A stretch of 64,000 nucleotides of DNA from Polyangiales bacterium (GTDB lineage Bacteria > Myxococcota_A > Polyangia > Polyangiales > JADJQN01). Shown here piece by piece: positions 33,776 to 44,622 of the stretch. The position numbers were made by a program, and so were the translations under genes. The stretch covers positions 224,001 through 288,000 of the forward strand of contig CAXNJO010000002.1 in NCBI GenBank assembly GCA_964202905.1, given 5' to 3'. The notes beneath the pieces were generated by a model. It was not told the origin of the DNA. It did not search any database and saw only the letters and a program-made list of their open reading frames with translations. Each line of letters starts with the position of its first letter. The first letter of the stretch is position 1.

Positions 33776-34142
33776 GCGCGGGCCTGGCGCCGCGCGCCGG
33801 ACATCGGGGGACGAAGGCGTGCACGTGGGCGGGGTGTCGGGTGGGCGTCGATGCGGTCACGGCCGCGACGCCGGGATCGCGCCCTGCTGGTCACCCGACG
33901 GGCCCGCTTGCAGCTTGACGCCTCCGCGGCGCGGGCGTAATCAGGGCGGCAACCGAGATGGCGCGCCCGCCCGGCGAGCGCTCCCCCCGCGAGTCAGCAC
34001 CCGGATGGCCTGGTCCCTACGCACCCCCGTGTGGCGCCGCGATGCGGCGGTGCCGCCCGCGTCGAAGACAGCCCCGCCCCACGGCGCCTCTGCGCCCGGG
34101 CCGTCTGGGGCCGCGCCCGCCACCGAGCAATGGGAGAGCGAC

Positions 34143-34412
34143 ATGGAACGCATGAAGTGGGCGGAGATCTGCAGCCACGACGAGTTCCGCGGCCGCTGGG
34201 TGGCCCTCGACAGCTGCCGCTACGACGAGAGCACGGGGCGCGCGACGGAAGGCGCCGTCGTGGACGCCGACGACGACCTCGCCGAGTTGTGCACACGCAT
34301 CCGCGAGTCCGACTGGAAGAACTGCGCGATCCTCTTCTGCGCCGAGACCGAGCTCGAGGCGGCCCGACCGAGCCAGCCCCCCTCCGACCCCTTCCGGCAC
34401 AGCGCGCACTGA
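34143..34412 (+). CDS. Small hypothetical protein (DUF5678-like GRWVAL motif)
   Basis: GGGAGAG before the ATG; MERMKWAEICSHDEFRGRWVALD...VVDADDDLAELC; host-like codon usage. Confidence 0.7.
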   Translation: MERMKWAEICSHDEFRGRWVALDSCRYDESTGRATEGAVVDADDDLAELCTRIRESDWKNCAILFCAETELEAARPSQPPSDPFRHSAH

Positions 34413-34489
34413 ATCGCTGCACGACGCGGTCACCCCGGCGGCGCGCTCCCGTGGCGGTGCGCTCCGCCCGAGCCGCTGCCGCGGACCGT

Positions 34490-34528
34490 CGATGCCGCCC
34501 AACGATGCCGCCCAACGATGCCGCCCAA
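34490..34528. repeat. Intergenic 13-bp tandem repeat x3
   Basis: CGATGCCGCCCAA repeated three times exactly. Confidence 0.9.
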
Positions 34529-34646
34529 CGGTGCGTCCACCGGGCAGCCGAGTGGTTGAACCGCTGGGACGCACGGCCGCCGGGAGGATGACGCGGCTCC
34601 GCGAGGGACGGGCGCGGCGGCCCGACCCCCGGGCGCACCATGCGCC

Positions 34647-35936
34647 TCAGCGCGCGAGCGCGATGCCGTAGATCGGCAGCGACCCGAACGTGATCGGCGC
34701 GCTCGTCTCTTCGGTGCCGGTCGCGAGCGACCAGATCCGCAGGCCCGCGTCCGTCACGACGTAGGCCGTCTCGCCATCGAGCACGAAGGACGTCACCCCG
34801 ACGCTCGCCGGCACGGGCGTGTCGAGCACGGCGCCGGTGTCGGCCCGCAGCTCGTACAGCGCGCCGCCCGCCGCGAGGTACACGCGCCCCGCGTCGGTGG
34901 TCGCGAGGCCCTTGAAGCCGCCGAGCGCGGCCTCCGTCGCCCCCGTCGGCGTGACGTTCCCCGAGGGGACGTCGACCGCGAGCAGCACGCCGTCCGTGTC
35001 GTCGAACCCGTCGTCGGTGCACGCGACGAGCACGACGTCGTCGTCGAGCCGCGCCATCGCGCCGGGGTTGCCGACCGGCAGCTCGATGCCCTGCATGCCC
35101 ACGCGCACGGGATCGGCGTCGAGCAGCGCGCCCGTCGCGGGATCGAGCACGGCGAGCGCGCTCGGCCCCGCGTAGAGCAGCTCGAACGTCGGCGAGAAGT
35201 AGAAGCGCCCGAGCGCGACGAGCAGGCGCCCGCCGTTCAGCAAGGCGCGGCTCATGTCGACCGAGTCGGGATCGCCCGCGGCCGCGAGCGGAGAGAGGTC
35301 CACCTCGCCGAGCACGGCGCCCGTCGTCGGCTCGAGCCGCACCGCGCTCGACCGCGCGTAGCGCGTCACATAGGCGGCGCCGCCCGCCTCGATCACCGTC
35401 TGCGGCGTCGAGACGTAGACGGAGGCGGGATCGCTGCCCGCCGGATCGACGTCGGTCGCGGAGACCGTCGTGAGCGGATCCCCCGCGGCCTGCCGACGCA
35501 CGAGGCCGCTGCCGCCCTCGAGGAGGTACGTGTCGCAGCCGGCGCGCACGGGCAGCGTGTCCTGATCGGCCGCGGGCGCCGACGCGAGGGTGACCGCGCG
35601 GGTCGCGAGCGAGAGCGTCGCGAGGCCGCCGTTCACGTAGTCGCTCGTGGTGACGAGCAGGTGGGTGGGCGTGCAGTCGACGGGCCCGGCGTCGGGGGCG
35701 CCGAGGTCGGGCTCCCCGAGATCCATCTCCCCCGCGTCCGCAAGCCCGGCGTCCGGCGCCGCGGCGTCGCTCACCGCGCCGTCGCCGCGGCCAGCATCGT
35801 TCATCGCCGCATCGGGACTCGGCGCCCCATCGTCGTCGCCGCAGCCTGCGAGCATCGCACCGAGCGCGAGCCCGAGCGCCCCGAGCGCCATCCAATCCCT
35901 CGTCGTCTTCGTCGTCGTCGCCTTCGTCGTCGCCAT
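34647..35936 (-). CDS. Beta-propeller lipoprotein downstream of a cobalamin riboswitch (putative B12-binding/uptake protein)
   Basis: Lipobox LAGC-GDDD, acidic DA linker, repeated blade-like segments (AYVTRY, RLLVAL, RVYLAA, TAYVVT). Confidence 0.7.
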   Translation of the reverse strand: MATTKATTTKTTRDWMALGALGLALGAMLAGCGDDDGAPSPDAAMNDAGRGDGAVSDAAAPDAGLADAGEMDLGEPDLGAPDAGPVDCTPTHLLVTTSDYVNGGLATLSLATRAVTLASAPAADQDTLPVRAGCDTYLLEGGSGLVRRQAAGDPLTTVSATDVDPAGSDPASVYVSTPQTVIEAGGAAYVTRYARSSAVRLEPTTGAVLGEVDLSPLAAAGDPDSVDMSRALLNGGRLLVALGRFYFSPTFELLYAGPSALAVLDPATGALLDADPVRVGMQGIELPVGNPGAMARLDDDVVLVACTDDGFDDTDGVLLAVDVPSGNVTPTGATEAALGGFKGLATTDAGRVYLAAGGALYELRADTGAVLDTPVPASVGVTSFVLDGETAYVVTDAGLRIWSLATGTEETSAPITFGSLPIYGIALAR

Positions 35937-36084
35937 GGTCGGACCTCGCGGCGGGCGCCTCCCCGCGCCCGCGATGCCGTGTCCAGAACCCAGGGAAAAT
36001 GGGCGAAAGCGCACGCATCGCGCGGACGCGCGGCGCGTGGGAATCCGTCGCCCCACTCCCCGTGGGCCCGGTCACGTCGGTGCG

Positions 36085-36265
36085 CGCGGCAGGTCTCCTG
36101 ACTCCCGGATCATCCCCTCGGAGGCGCCTTCCCAGCAGCGTGCGCTGCCAGTGGATCGTGCCCCCAGGGTCCCCGGTTACAGTGGCGGGGGCCGTGCCGG
36201 TGTTCCACCGGCTTCCCTCGAGCGGGCATGGCGACATCGCCTCCCCGCCCCACCCGTCGTGCGGG
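36085..36265 (-). ncRNA. Cobalamin (B12) riboswitch
   Basis: Minus strand reads AGGGAAGCCGGTGGAACACCGGCACGGCCCCCGCCACTGTAAC...CCACTGG...CTGGGAAGGC...GAGTCAGGAGACCTGCC, i.e. the conserved cobalamin-riboswitch core and B12 box. 5' end is approximate. Confidence 0.92.
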
Positions 36266-36370
36266 TGACCGTGCGCCCGTTGGTTGGATCTGTTCTCGAA
36301 CGCCTCGTCGGGTGTCCGCGCGCCCTGCGGCGAGCGGGGAGCGAGACTTAGCCCGCGGCGCTCCGTCGCG

Positions 36371-37339
36371 TCAACCGGACGAGAGCATCTCCACGACCTC
36401 GCGCGCGATGAGCCGCGCGCGCTCGACCTCCGAGGGCGGCAGGCTCACGGCCCCGACGACGGGGTGTCCGCCCCCGCCGTAGCGCGCGCAGATCGCGCTG
36501 ATGTCGTGCGTGCGCGGCACGGGCGCCCACGGGTTGCTCCCGACGCTCACCTTCGACCGCTGCTTGCCGGCCGTCACGGCCACGCAGTAGCGGGCTTCGG
36601 GGAAGAGCCAGTACGGGATGAACTTGTTGTAGCGATCGCCGGCGACCCCGACGAGATCGAAGAGCACCACGCCGGACTCGAGGCGCGCGCGATCACGGAT
36701 GAGCGCGAGCGTCTCGCGGTGCTGCACGAGGAGCGGCGCGAGGCGCTCGGCGACCTCCGCATCGGCGCCGAGCTCCGTGAGCGTCGCGCCCCGCGAGAGC
36801 CGCTCGATCCGCGGCGCGAGGAATTTGTCGCTGCCGTGCACCTCGACGACGGTCATCAGCTGCAGCGCGGGCTCCACGAGCTCCACGGGCATCACCGCGC
36901 TCGGGAAACGCGCGGCGTCGATGACGTCGGCCCAGCCGACCAGCTCCTCGAGCCCGGGAAGCCCGAGCCCGAAGCGGTCGCGCGCGACGTCCGCGATCAG
37001 CTTGCAGCACGAGCCGTAGGTGGGGTCGAAGAACTTCCGCCCGCTCGTGTCGGCGTCGAAGCTCGCGCGCTCCTCCGGGCCGACGATGCCGCTCTGGTGG
37101 TGATCGAAGAACCACGTGAGTTTCGGCGACGTCGTGTACCGGAAGTCGACGACCGCGTTCTCCTCGCCGGTGAGCACCGACTCGGGTACGAACGAGCCGC
37201 CCGGCTGGTGGTCGAGGCCGCGGTACTCGAACGCGAGGTCCTCGCCCTCGAGGTCGCGGATCAGGCGCGTGAGCACGGCGGCGGAGCACATCCCGTCGAA
37301 ACAGTGACCATGGTAGGCGATGGTGATCTTGCGGGTCAT
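36371..37339 (-). CDS. DHH/DHHA1 family phosphoesterase
   Basis: YHGHCFDG, VVDF, FFDHH and C-terminal YGGGGHPVVG. Confidence 0.85.
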   Translation of the reverse strand: MTRKITIAYHGHCFDGMCSAAVLTRLIRDLEGEDLAFEYRGLDHQPGGSFVPESVLTGEENAVVDFRYTTSPKLTWFFDHHQSGIVGPEERASFDADTSGRKFFDPTYGSCCKLIADVARDRFGLGLPGLEELVGWADVIDAARFPSAVMPVELVEPALQLMTVVEVHGSDKFLAPRIERLSRGATLTELGADAEVAERLAPLLVQHRETLALIRDRARLESGVVLFDLVGVAGDRYNKFIPYWLFPEARYCVAVTAGKQRSKVSVGSNPWAPVPRTHDISAICARYGGGGHPVVGAVSLPPSEVERARLIAREVVEMLSSG

Positions 37340-37346
37340 CGAAACC

Positions 37347-38117
37347 TCATCGGGGAGCAGACGCAGGCGGCGCCGCGCCCGCGGAGAGCACGACGGACGT
37401 GAGGTGCAACACGTACTTCTCCTGCGAGAAGAACGGCGGCCGCGCGACGCCGAGACGCGCCTCGAGGTGTGCACCGAGCCGCGCGAAGAGCGCGTGGCGC
37501 ACGCCGAGGGGGAGCCCCTCGCGGCGCAGCGAGAGCGCGATCATCGCCTCGCGCTCGAGCGGCGCGACGCGACGCGCCGCGTGGGCGACGAGCGGGTCGC
37601 GGAGGAAGGTGTTGTGGCGCTCCGTCGGCGGCACGATCTGCGCGGGCTGCGGCGCGCGGCGCTCGCGGACGACGAGCGTCCCGGCGGCGAGATCCCCGAG
37701 GCGGCGCCCCGCCGGATCGAGGAGCGCGCAGACGCCACCAAGCAGGTAGAGGCCGGGCAGCAGGTCCACGACGCGCACGAGGTTGCGCACGACCGCCTGC
37801 GCGAACGAGACGCGCAGGCCGCGCTCGTCGAGGGTCCGTAGACCGACGACCCGCTTGCCGATGGTGCGTCCGCCCGACCACCACTCCGCGAGCGCGCCGT
37901 ACCACCACTGCACGAGGAAGACGGCGATCGAGAGCAGCGCGACCGCGAAACCGCCGACGATCGACTGCGTCGCCGAGACCCCACACGCGACGGCCGTGAT
38001 CGCGCTGCCCATCACGGCGAGGTCGATCGCCCACGCGAGCGCGCGCGACGCGAGACCGGCGCGCTCGAACTCGAAGGCGACGTTCTCCGGTGTGCGGATC
38101 TCGTGGACGTCGCGCAC
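37347..38117 (-). CDS. RDD family membrane protein
   Basis: TPENVAF..AGLASRALAWAID, GRTIGKR, VRNLVRVVD, RRLGDLAAGTLVV. Confidence 0.9.
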   Translation of the reverse strand: MRDVHEIRTPENVAFEFERAGLASRALAWAIDLAVMGSAITAVACGVSATQSIVGGFAVALLSIAVFLVQWWYGALAEWWSGGRTIGKRVVGLRTLDERGLRVSFAQAVVRNLVRVVDLLPGLYLLGGVCALLDPAGRRLGDLAAGTLVVRERRAPQPAQIVPPTERHNTFLRDPLVAHAARRVAPLEREAMIALSLRREGLPLGVRHALFARLGAHLEARLGVARPPFFSQEKYVLHLTSVVLSAGAAPPASAPR

Positions 38118-38164
38118 GCGGCGTGTCTAGCACGGCGATCCCCGGCGGGATATCCTCGCGCGCG

Positions 38165-39232
38165 ATGCCAGCCTTCGACGTGCGACGCTTCGTCGATGAG
38201 CGCGCCGCCGTCTGGAGCGCCCTCGAGCGCGTGCTCGCCGACGCCGAACAGCGCGGCCTCGCGGCCCTCGGCGTGGCCGGCGCGCGCGAGCTCGGCCAGC
38301 TCTACCGCGCGGTGTCGAGCGACCTGCTCATCGCACGGGGCGAGCACATCGACGCGGGCGTCGTCGACTACCTGAACGATCTCGTCGCGCGCGCGTACGC
38401 GCACGTCCACGCGGGCACCGGGAACCGCGCGCGGCGCCTGCCGGCCTTCTTCCTGCGGGAGTTCCCGCGCCTCTTCCGCGCCGAGTGGCGCGCGGTCGCG
38501 CTCTCCGCGGCGCTCTTCTTCGGTGGTGCCGCGGTCGGCGCGACGGCGACGGCCCTCGACCCGCAGGCCGCCGGCGTCCTCATCCCCGAGGATCACCAGC
38601 GGCGCACGCCGGCGGAGCGTGTCGCCGAGGATGAACGAGGCAGCGACGCGACCAGCGACGCGGGCGCCGCGTTCTCGAGCTTCCTCTTCACGCACAACAT
38701 CCAGGTGACGTTCCTCGTGTTCGCGCTGGGGCTCACGTTCGGTGTCGGCACCGTCAGCCTGCTCTTCTACAACGGCGTGCCCATCGGCGCGCTCGCGATG
38801 CAGTACCACCAGTACGGCAAGGGCCTCTTCTTCTGGGCCTGGATCCTCCCGCACGGGATCCCGGAGATCACGCAGATCGTCATCGCGGGCGCCGCCGGGC
38901 TCGTGATCGCGCGCGGGCTCCTGCTGCCGCGCCGCCGCGCACGCGCGACCGCGCTCGCCGAGGAGGGACGGCGCGCGATGCGGCTCGTCGTCGGCGGGAT
39001 GCCGGTGCTCGTGCTCGCCGGGCTCATCGAGGGCACGATCTCGCAGATTCACGCGCCGATCGTGCCGTATGCGCTCAAGCTCGCCTTCGCTGCGGTCGTC
39101 GGCGTCGCGGTGTGGAGCTACCTGCTGCTCTCCGGTCGGAGCGCAGAGGCGGGCCGCGCCGCCGCGCTCGCCGAAGAGCTCGCCGCCCTCGCCGAGGCGC
39201 CGCCGACGCGCACGCCCGCCGCGCGCTCCTAG
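38165..39232 (+). CDS. Stage II sporulation protein M (DUF95) family membrane protein
   Basis: YRAVSSDL, LNDLVARA, FTHNIQVTF, LFYNG, ILPHGIPE, AGLIEG. Confidence 0.88.
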   Translation: MPAFDVRRFVDERAAVWSALERVLADAEQRGLAALGVAGARELGQLYRAVSSDLLIARGEHIDAGVVDYLNDLVARAYAHVHAGTGNRARRLPAFFLREFPRLFRAEWRAVALSAALFFGGAAVGATATALDPQAAGVLIPEDHQRRTPAERVAEDERGSDATSDAGAAFSSFLFTHNIQVTFLVFALGLTFGVGTVSLLFYNGVPIGALAMQYHQYGKGLFFWAWILPHGIPEITQIVIAGAAGLVIARGLLLPRRRARATALAEEGRRAMRLVVGGMPVLVLAGLIEGTISQIHAPIVPYALKLAFAAVVGVAVWSYLLLSGRSAEAGRAAALAEELAALAEAPPTRTPAARS

Positions 39233-39337
39233 CGCGTGCAGCCGCCACACGCGGCCGCCGCGCACCGCCCCAGACGGCCCGGAAGCACGTCTTTTTCCCG
39301 CAAATCTGGCCGTTTCGTGCACTACCATCGACGCACC

Positions 39338-40441
39338 GTGCCGGCTTCCTCGTCCCCCGTGCGCCCGCTCGCTGCGCTGTCGCTCGCGCTCGTCGCCGCC
39401 TGCGCCGCGGAGACGGGGGTCGGCGTGCCCCTCGACGCCGCGCGCGCCGACGGCGGCGATGCCCCGGACGCCCGGCCCCGTGACGGCGCCGCCCTCGGGG
39501 ACGGCGCAGCGCGCGCCGATGCGGCCGGGAGCACCGACGCGGCCACCGATGCGCGCGCCACGATCGACGCAGGCCCCCCATGCCGGGGGGCGCCCTACCC
39601 GATCATCCTGCACCACGGCTTCTTCGGCTTCTCCGGGCTCGGCCCGATCAACTACTACTTCCGTGTCGCCGAGACGCTCCGCGCGCGGGGCGAGAGGGTC
39701 GTCGAGGCCGCGGTCGATCCCTTCAACGCCTCGGAGGTCCGCGCCGCGGATCTCGCCGCGATCGTCGACGAGACGCTCGCGACGACGGGCGCGTGCAAGG
39801 TCGACCTGATCGCGCACTCACAGGGCGGGCTCGATGCGCGCGTGCTCGTCGGGAGCCTCGGCTACGGCGACCGCGTCGCCTCGATCGTGACGGTCTCGAC
39901 CCCGCACCGCGGCACGCGCGTGGCCGACGTCGTGCTCCGCATCGTACCGGGCTGGTCGCGCCCCATCCTCGACTTCTTCGCGTTCCTCGTCGGCCGCGTG
40001 CTCAGCGAGGCGAGCGACGACGCGTCACTGCTCGCGTCCCTCGAGTCCCTCGCGGCCGCGAACGCGCCCGCCTTCGACGCGGCGAACCCCGACGACCCGC
40101 GCGTCGCCTTCTACAGCGTGGCGGGCCGCTCCAACCTCGATCTCGGCCGCGACGCGTGCGCCGGGTCGCTGTGGCCCAACCCGCCCGCGCGCGACGCCAT
40201 CGACCCGCTGCTCTCGGCGACGGGCGGCTTCTTGCGCGGCTCCGTCCTCGACCCCGCGCCGAACGACGGGCTCGTCACCGTCGCGTCCGCGCGCTGGGGC
40301 ACGTTCCTCACGTGCATCCCGGCCGATCACTTCGACGAGATCGGCCAGATCGCCGACGTGCTCCCAGACCCTACGAGCCGCTGGGACCACGTCGCGTTCT
40401 ACGACACGCTGGTCGACTTCCTCCGCACCGAAGGGCACTGA
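39338..40441 (+). CDS. Triacylglycerol lipase (family I-like), lipoprotein
   Basis: Lipobox VAAC, YPIILHHGFFG, IAHSQGGLDAR, STPHRGT, NDGLV, DHFDEIGQ. Confidence 0.88.
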   Translation: MPASSSPVRPLAALSLALVAACAAETGVGVPLDAARADGGDAPDARPRDGAALGDGAARADAAGSTDAATDARATIDAGPPCRGAPYPIILHHGFFGFSGLGPINYYFRVAETLRARGERVVEAAVDPFNASEVRAADLAAIVDETLATTGACKVDLIAHSQGGLDARVLVGSLGYGDRVASIVTVSTPHRGTRVADVVLRIVPGWSRPILDFFAFLVGRVLSEASDDASLLASLESLAAANAPAFDAANPDDPRVAFYSVAGRSNLDLGRDACAGSLWPNPPARDAIDPLLSATGGFLRGSVLDPAPNDGLVTVASARWGTFLTCIPADHFDEIGQIADVLPDPTSRWDHVAFYDTLVDFLRTEGH

Positions 40442-40485
40442 GCGCGCGGCGCCCCCGCTGCGTGCACCGCGCGCGCCCTGCGGAC

Positions 40486-41064
40486 TCAGAGTCCGTCGAG
40501 GTCGTCCGAGCCCTCGCTGCCCGACGACGACGCGTCGCCGCCACCCTCGTCGTTGCCCGAGGCGTCGCTGCCCGAGGCGTCGCTCCCCTCGCCGTCCTCG
40601 CCGCCCGCGCTGCCCGAGTCCGTCGAGAGCCTTGGGCGCCAGCGGGTGCGCACCGCGTTCCACGGGCCGCCGCCGGTGTCGCTCTCGTCGTGGCCCCACT
40701 CGCCGAGCAGCTTGTAGCCCTCGGCATCCTTCACGAGCCGGAAGTAGCCGCGACCGCGGTTCACACGCGGAACACCCGCGACGAGCTCGCGCCGCTCGGT
40801 CCACGTGAAGCGCATGAGGTCGCCCTGCGCAGTGCCCTCGATGCGCCCGCTGCGCTCGTTCTTCGTGTACTCGCCGACGATCGTCGCGCCGGTCTGGACC
40901 ATGTCCATCCGCCCGTATTGCGGGGAGTTCCACACAGCGCCGAACGAGCCTCCCTCGGGCATGTCGCCCGCGACGAGGGCCGCGCGACCGGAGCCTCCGC
41001 CACAACCGGAGGCGGCCACCACGAACAGTGCGACGGTCACGAGCGTGCGAGTCAGCGGTCTCAT
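40486..41064 (-). CDS. Hypothetical lipoprotein
   Basis: Signal peptide with ASGC lipobox, beta-rich core (VWNSPQYG...GEWG...W), acidic Gly/Ser tail. Confidence 0.7.
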   Translation of the reverse strand: MRPLTRTLVTVALFVVAASGCGGGSGRAALVAGDMPEGGSFGAVWNSPQYGRMDMVQTGATIVGEYTKNERSGRIEGTAQGDLMRFTWTERRELVAGVPRVNRGRGYFRLVKDAEGYKLLGEWGHDESDTGGGPWNAVRTRWRPRLSTDSGSAGGEDGEGSDASGSDASGNDEGGGDASSSGSEGSDDLDGL

Positions 41065-41249
41065 CCGGGCATCCCTCCGCGGCAGACGCTGCCGCGCGCG
41101 TACGATAGTCGAAGCTGCGCGCGACCGGCAACGGCGAAGGTCCAACGTGCACACGCCCCGCGGCGCGCACCACGGCGCGCGGACGGTAGGTTTGCCGCGC
41201 GGGGATCGCCCCGATACAGTGCGCGTCGCACTCTGACGAGGAGCGGGAT

Positions 41250-44027
41250 TTGACGCAGGCGCAGAAGGCTTGGCACGCGATGGACGTGCAGGCCGTGAGC
41301 TCGTACTGGGAGTCGGACCTCCGCCACGGACTGAAGAACGACGAGGTCGCTGGCCGGCGCGCACGACTTGGGGAGAACCGCATCCCGGAGCCCCCCCGCC
41401 CGAACGCGCTGCTCCAGTTCCTCTCCGGCTTCGCCGACCCGCTCGTGGGCGCGCTCCTCGTCGCAGCCGTCATCGCCGCAGCCGTCGCGATCAGCGAAGG
41501 CGGCAGCGGACCTTGGATCACGCGCTTCAGCGACACGATCGCGATCCTGCTCATCGTGATCGTCAACGGCGTGCTCGGCTTCTTGCAGGAGCGGCGCGCC
41601 GAGCAGGCGCTCGACGCCTTGCAGAAGATGGCCGCGCCCAACGCGAAGGTCCTCCGCGACGGCGGCATCGCGGTGCTCCCGGCGGCTGCGCTCGTGCCCG
41701 GCGACGTCGTCGAGCTCGAGGCCGGCGACAGCATCCCCGCCGACCTCCGCCTCACCGAGACGCGCGAGTTCGCCGTCGAAGAGGCCGCCCTCACCGGCGA
41801 GTCGACGCCCGTCGACAAGCGCAGCGAGCAGCCGCTCGCCGAGGACGCCTCGCTCGCCGAGCGCGTGACGATGGCCTACATGGGCACGAGCGTGACCCGC
41901 GGCCGCGCGCGCGCGGTCGTCGTGCAGACGGGGCCGTTCACGGAGCTCGGACGCATCGGCGCGCTCATCCGCTCGACCGAGCGCGAGGAGACGCCCCTCG
42001 AGCAGCGCCTCGAGCGCTTCGGCAAGCAGATCCTCGTCGCGTGCCTCGCCATCAGCGTCGGGCTCTTCGTCATTGGCATCCTGCGCGGTGGTCAAGCCTG
42101 GACGGTGCTCCTGCTCACCGCCGTGAGCCTCGCGGTCGCCGCGATCCCCGAGGGCCTGCCCGCGATCACGACCATCACGCTCGCGCTCGGCATGCAGCGC
42201 ATGGCGCACCGCGGCGCGATCGTGCGCAAGCTGCCCGCCGTCGAGACGCTCGGCTCGGCGACCGTCATCTGCTCGGACAAGACGGGCACCCTCACGCAGA
42301 ACGCGATGACCGTGCGCATCGTCGAGACCGCCGAGGACGTGCTCGACGTCACCGGCGAGGGCTACGCGCCGGCGGGCCGCTTCGAGCGGCGCGGCGCGCC
42401 CGTCGACGCGCTGCCCGCGGTCGTCGCGCGACTCCTCCGCACCAGCGCGCTCTGCAACACGGCCGTCGTCGACACGAGCGGCGCGACCCCGAAGGTCATC
42501 GGCGATCCGACGGAAGCCGCGCTCGTCACGCTCGCGCTCAAAGGCGGCGTCGAGCGGGCCGCGCTCCTCGAGGGCGGTGAACTCGAGCGCGAGCTGCCCT
42601 TCGACTCCGACCGCAAGCGCATGACGGTCATCGTCCGCGACGCCGCGGGGGCGCGCTCCGCGCACGTGAAGGGCTCGCCGGACTTGCTCCTCCCGCTGTG
42701 CACGCACGTCCTCCGCGCGGAAGGGCGCGTGCCGCTCGACGCCGAGGAACGCGCGCGGCTCATCGCCCGCAACGAGGCCCACGCGAGCCAGGCGCTGCGC
42801 GTGCTCGCGCTCGCCGACCGCGACGACCCCGACGCGGCCGCCCCGGAGACCGGCCTCACGTTCCTCGGCTTCGCGGCCATGATCGACCCGCCCCGGCCGG
42901 AGGTGAAGGTCGCCGTCGCCGACTGCCACCGCGCCGGCATCCAGGTCGTGATGATCACGGGCGACCACAAGCTCACGGCCGTCGCGATCGCGCGCGAGCT
43001 CGGCTTCTGGCACGACGACTCGCTCGCGATGACGGGCGCGGAGCTCGAGGCGACGGACGACCAGCAGCTCATGGGCAACGTGCACCGCATCGCGGTGTTC
43101 GCCCGCGTCACCGCCGAGCAGAAGCTGCGCATCGTCCGCGCCCTCAAGCGGCGCGGCAACGTCTCGGCGATGACGGGCGACGGCGTCAACGACGCGCCCG
43201 CGCTGCGCGAGGCGAACATCGGCATCGCGATGGGCAAGGGCGGCACCGACGTCGCGCGCGAGGCTGCCGACATGGTCCTCGCCGACGACAACTTCGCGAC
43301 CATCGTGCAGGCGGTCCGCGAGGGCCGCGCGATCTTCCGCAACATCAAGAAGTTCATCTTCTTCCTGAACTCGTCGAACGCCGGGCTCGTCGCCGCCGTG
43401 ATCGCGAGCACCTTCTTCGACGACACGATCCGCTTCGCGCTGACGCCGCTGCAGCTGCTCTGGATCAACCTCGTCACCAACGGCCTGCCCGCGCTCGCGC
43501 TCGGCATCGATCCGCCCGGTCCCGGGCTCATGAGCGAGGCGCCGCGCCCGACGAGCGAGGGCCTGCTCTCCGCGAAGGACCTCCTCGCCACGGTCGCCGT
43601 CGGCATCGTGATGGGCGGTGCGGCGCTCGGCCTCTACCTGCTCCCCGATCACGCGCCGCAGATCTTCCCCGCGGGCCTCACCCGAGACGAGATGCTGGCC
43701 CACGCGCGCACGATGGCGTTCACGCTGCTCGCCATCTCGCCGCTCTTCCACGCGTTCAACTGTCGCAGCGAGCACGAGAGCATCTTCCGCGTGGGCTTGT
43801 TCACCAACAAGTTCCTCCTCGGCGCGGTCGCCGCGAGCGCGGCCGTGCACCTCATCACGCTCTTCGTGCCGCCCCTGCACGGCATCTTCCGGACGCACAT
43901 GATGACGGGCACCGAGTGGGCGGTCGTCCTCGGGCTGTCGGTGCTGCCGGTCCCGCTCTTCGAACTCTGGAAGCTCGTCGCGCCGAAGCCGCCCGTCCCG
44001 CCGCGCGCCTCGCTCCTGCCGGGCTGA
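41250..44027 (+). CDS. Cation-translocating P-type ATPase (type II, Ca2+-ATPase-like)
   Basis: [51 protein letters not shown] precedes TTG. Confidence 0.95.
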   Translation: MTQAQKAWHAMDVQAVSSYWESDLRHGLKNDEVAGRRARLGENRIPEPPRPNALLQFLSGFADPLVGALLVAAVIAAAVAISEGGSGPWITRFSDTIAILLIVIVNGVLGFLQERRAEQALDALQKMAAPNAKVLRDGGIAVLPAAALVPGDVVELEAGDSIPADLRLTETREFAVEEAALTGESTPVDKRSEQPLAEDASLAERVTMAYMGTSVTRGRARAVVVQTGPFTELGRIGALIRSTEREETPLEQRLERFGKQILVACLAISVGLFVIGILRGGQAWTVLLLTAVSLAVAAIPEGLPAITTITLALGMQRMAHRGAIVRKLPAVETLGSATVICSDKTGTLTQNAMTVRIVETAEDVLDVTGEGYAPAGRFERRGAPVDALPAVVARLLRTSALCNTAVVDTSGATPKVIGDPTEAALVTLALKGGVERAALLEGGELERELPFDSDRKRMTVIVRDAAGARSAHVKGSPDLLLPLCTHVLRAEGRVPLDAEERARLIARNEAHASQALRVLALADRDDPDAAAPETGLTFLGFAAMIDPPRPEVKVAVADCHRAGIQVVMITGDHKLTAVAIARELGFWHDDSLAMTGAELEATDDQQLMGNVHRIAVFARVTAEQKLRIVRALKRRGNVSAMTGDGVNDAPALREANIGIAMGKGGTDVAREAADMVLADDNFATIVQAVREGRAIFRNIKKFIFFLNSSNAGLVAAVIASTFFDDTIRFALTPLQLLWINLVTNGLPALALGIDPPGPGLMSEAPRPTSEGLLSAKDLLATVAVGIVMGGAALGLYLLPDHAPQIFPAGLTRDEMLAHARTMAFTLLAISPLFHAFNCRSEHESIFRVGLFTNKFLLGAVAASAAVHLITLFVPPLHGIFRTHMMTGTEWAVVLGLSVLPVPLFELWKLVAPKPPVPPRASLLPG

Positions 44028-44122
44028 CGCCGCGGCGCGGAGTTCCTTTACCGTGCGGGCTCGGTCTGGTAGGAACGAAAGCCCGTTTGTGGAGCTTGCG
44101 CGTCGAGCGCGCGGAGGAGTCG

Positions 44123-44605
44123 ATGGCCAGTCCGCACATGGTGATGTACGAGGAGGAGTTCAACCAGATCCAGGCGATCGTCGATCGGCTGGTACGGGAC
44201 GCGAACTCCAAGGTCGTGTTCATCATCGACAAGAACGGCCAGCTCATCGCAGCGAGCGGTGACACCGATCAGATCGACACCACGTCCCTGGCCTCGCTCA
44301 CCGCCGGCAACATCGCCGCGACGGGCGGCATGGCCAAGCTCCTCCGGGAGAACGACTTCAGCACGCAGTTTCACGAAGGCGAGCGGAGCAACATCCACAT
44401 CCAGCTCGTGGGCAACAGGGTCATCCTCGTCGTCATCTTCGACAACAAGACCTCGCTCGGCCTCGTCCGGCTCCGCGTGAAGAAGGCCAGCGAAGAGCTC
44501 AACGGGATCTTCGAGTCGCTCATGCGCAAGGTCCAGGACCCGACGCGCGAGACGCCGTTCGCGGAGATCACCGACGACGACATCGACAACCTCTTCAACG
44601 ACTGA
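44123..44605 (+). CDS. mglB: Roadblock/LC7 protein MglB (GAP of MglA)
   Basis: VMYEEEF...[18 protein letters not shown]...[18 protein letters not shown]...[13 protein letters not shown]...[13 protein letters not shown]. Confidence 0.96.
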   Translation: MASPHMVMYEEEFNQIQAIVDRLVRDANSKVVFIIDKNGQLIAASGDTDQIDTTSLASLTAGNIAATGGMAKLLRENDFSTQFHEGERSNIHIQLVGNRVILVVIFDNKTSLGLVRLRVKKASEELNGIFESLMRKVQDPTRETPFAEITDDDIDNLFND

Positions 44606-44622
44606 GTCGCGGAGACACGACG

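Noticed and set aside
38165..39232. SpoIIM-like gene as evidence of endospore formation
   Set aside because: The DUF95/SpoIIM family is widespread in non-sporulating bacteria, and no other spo genes are present.
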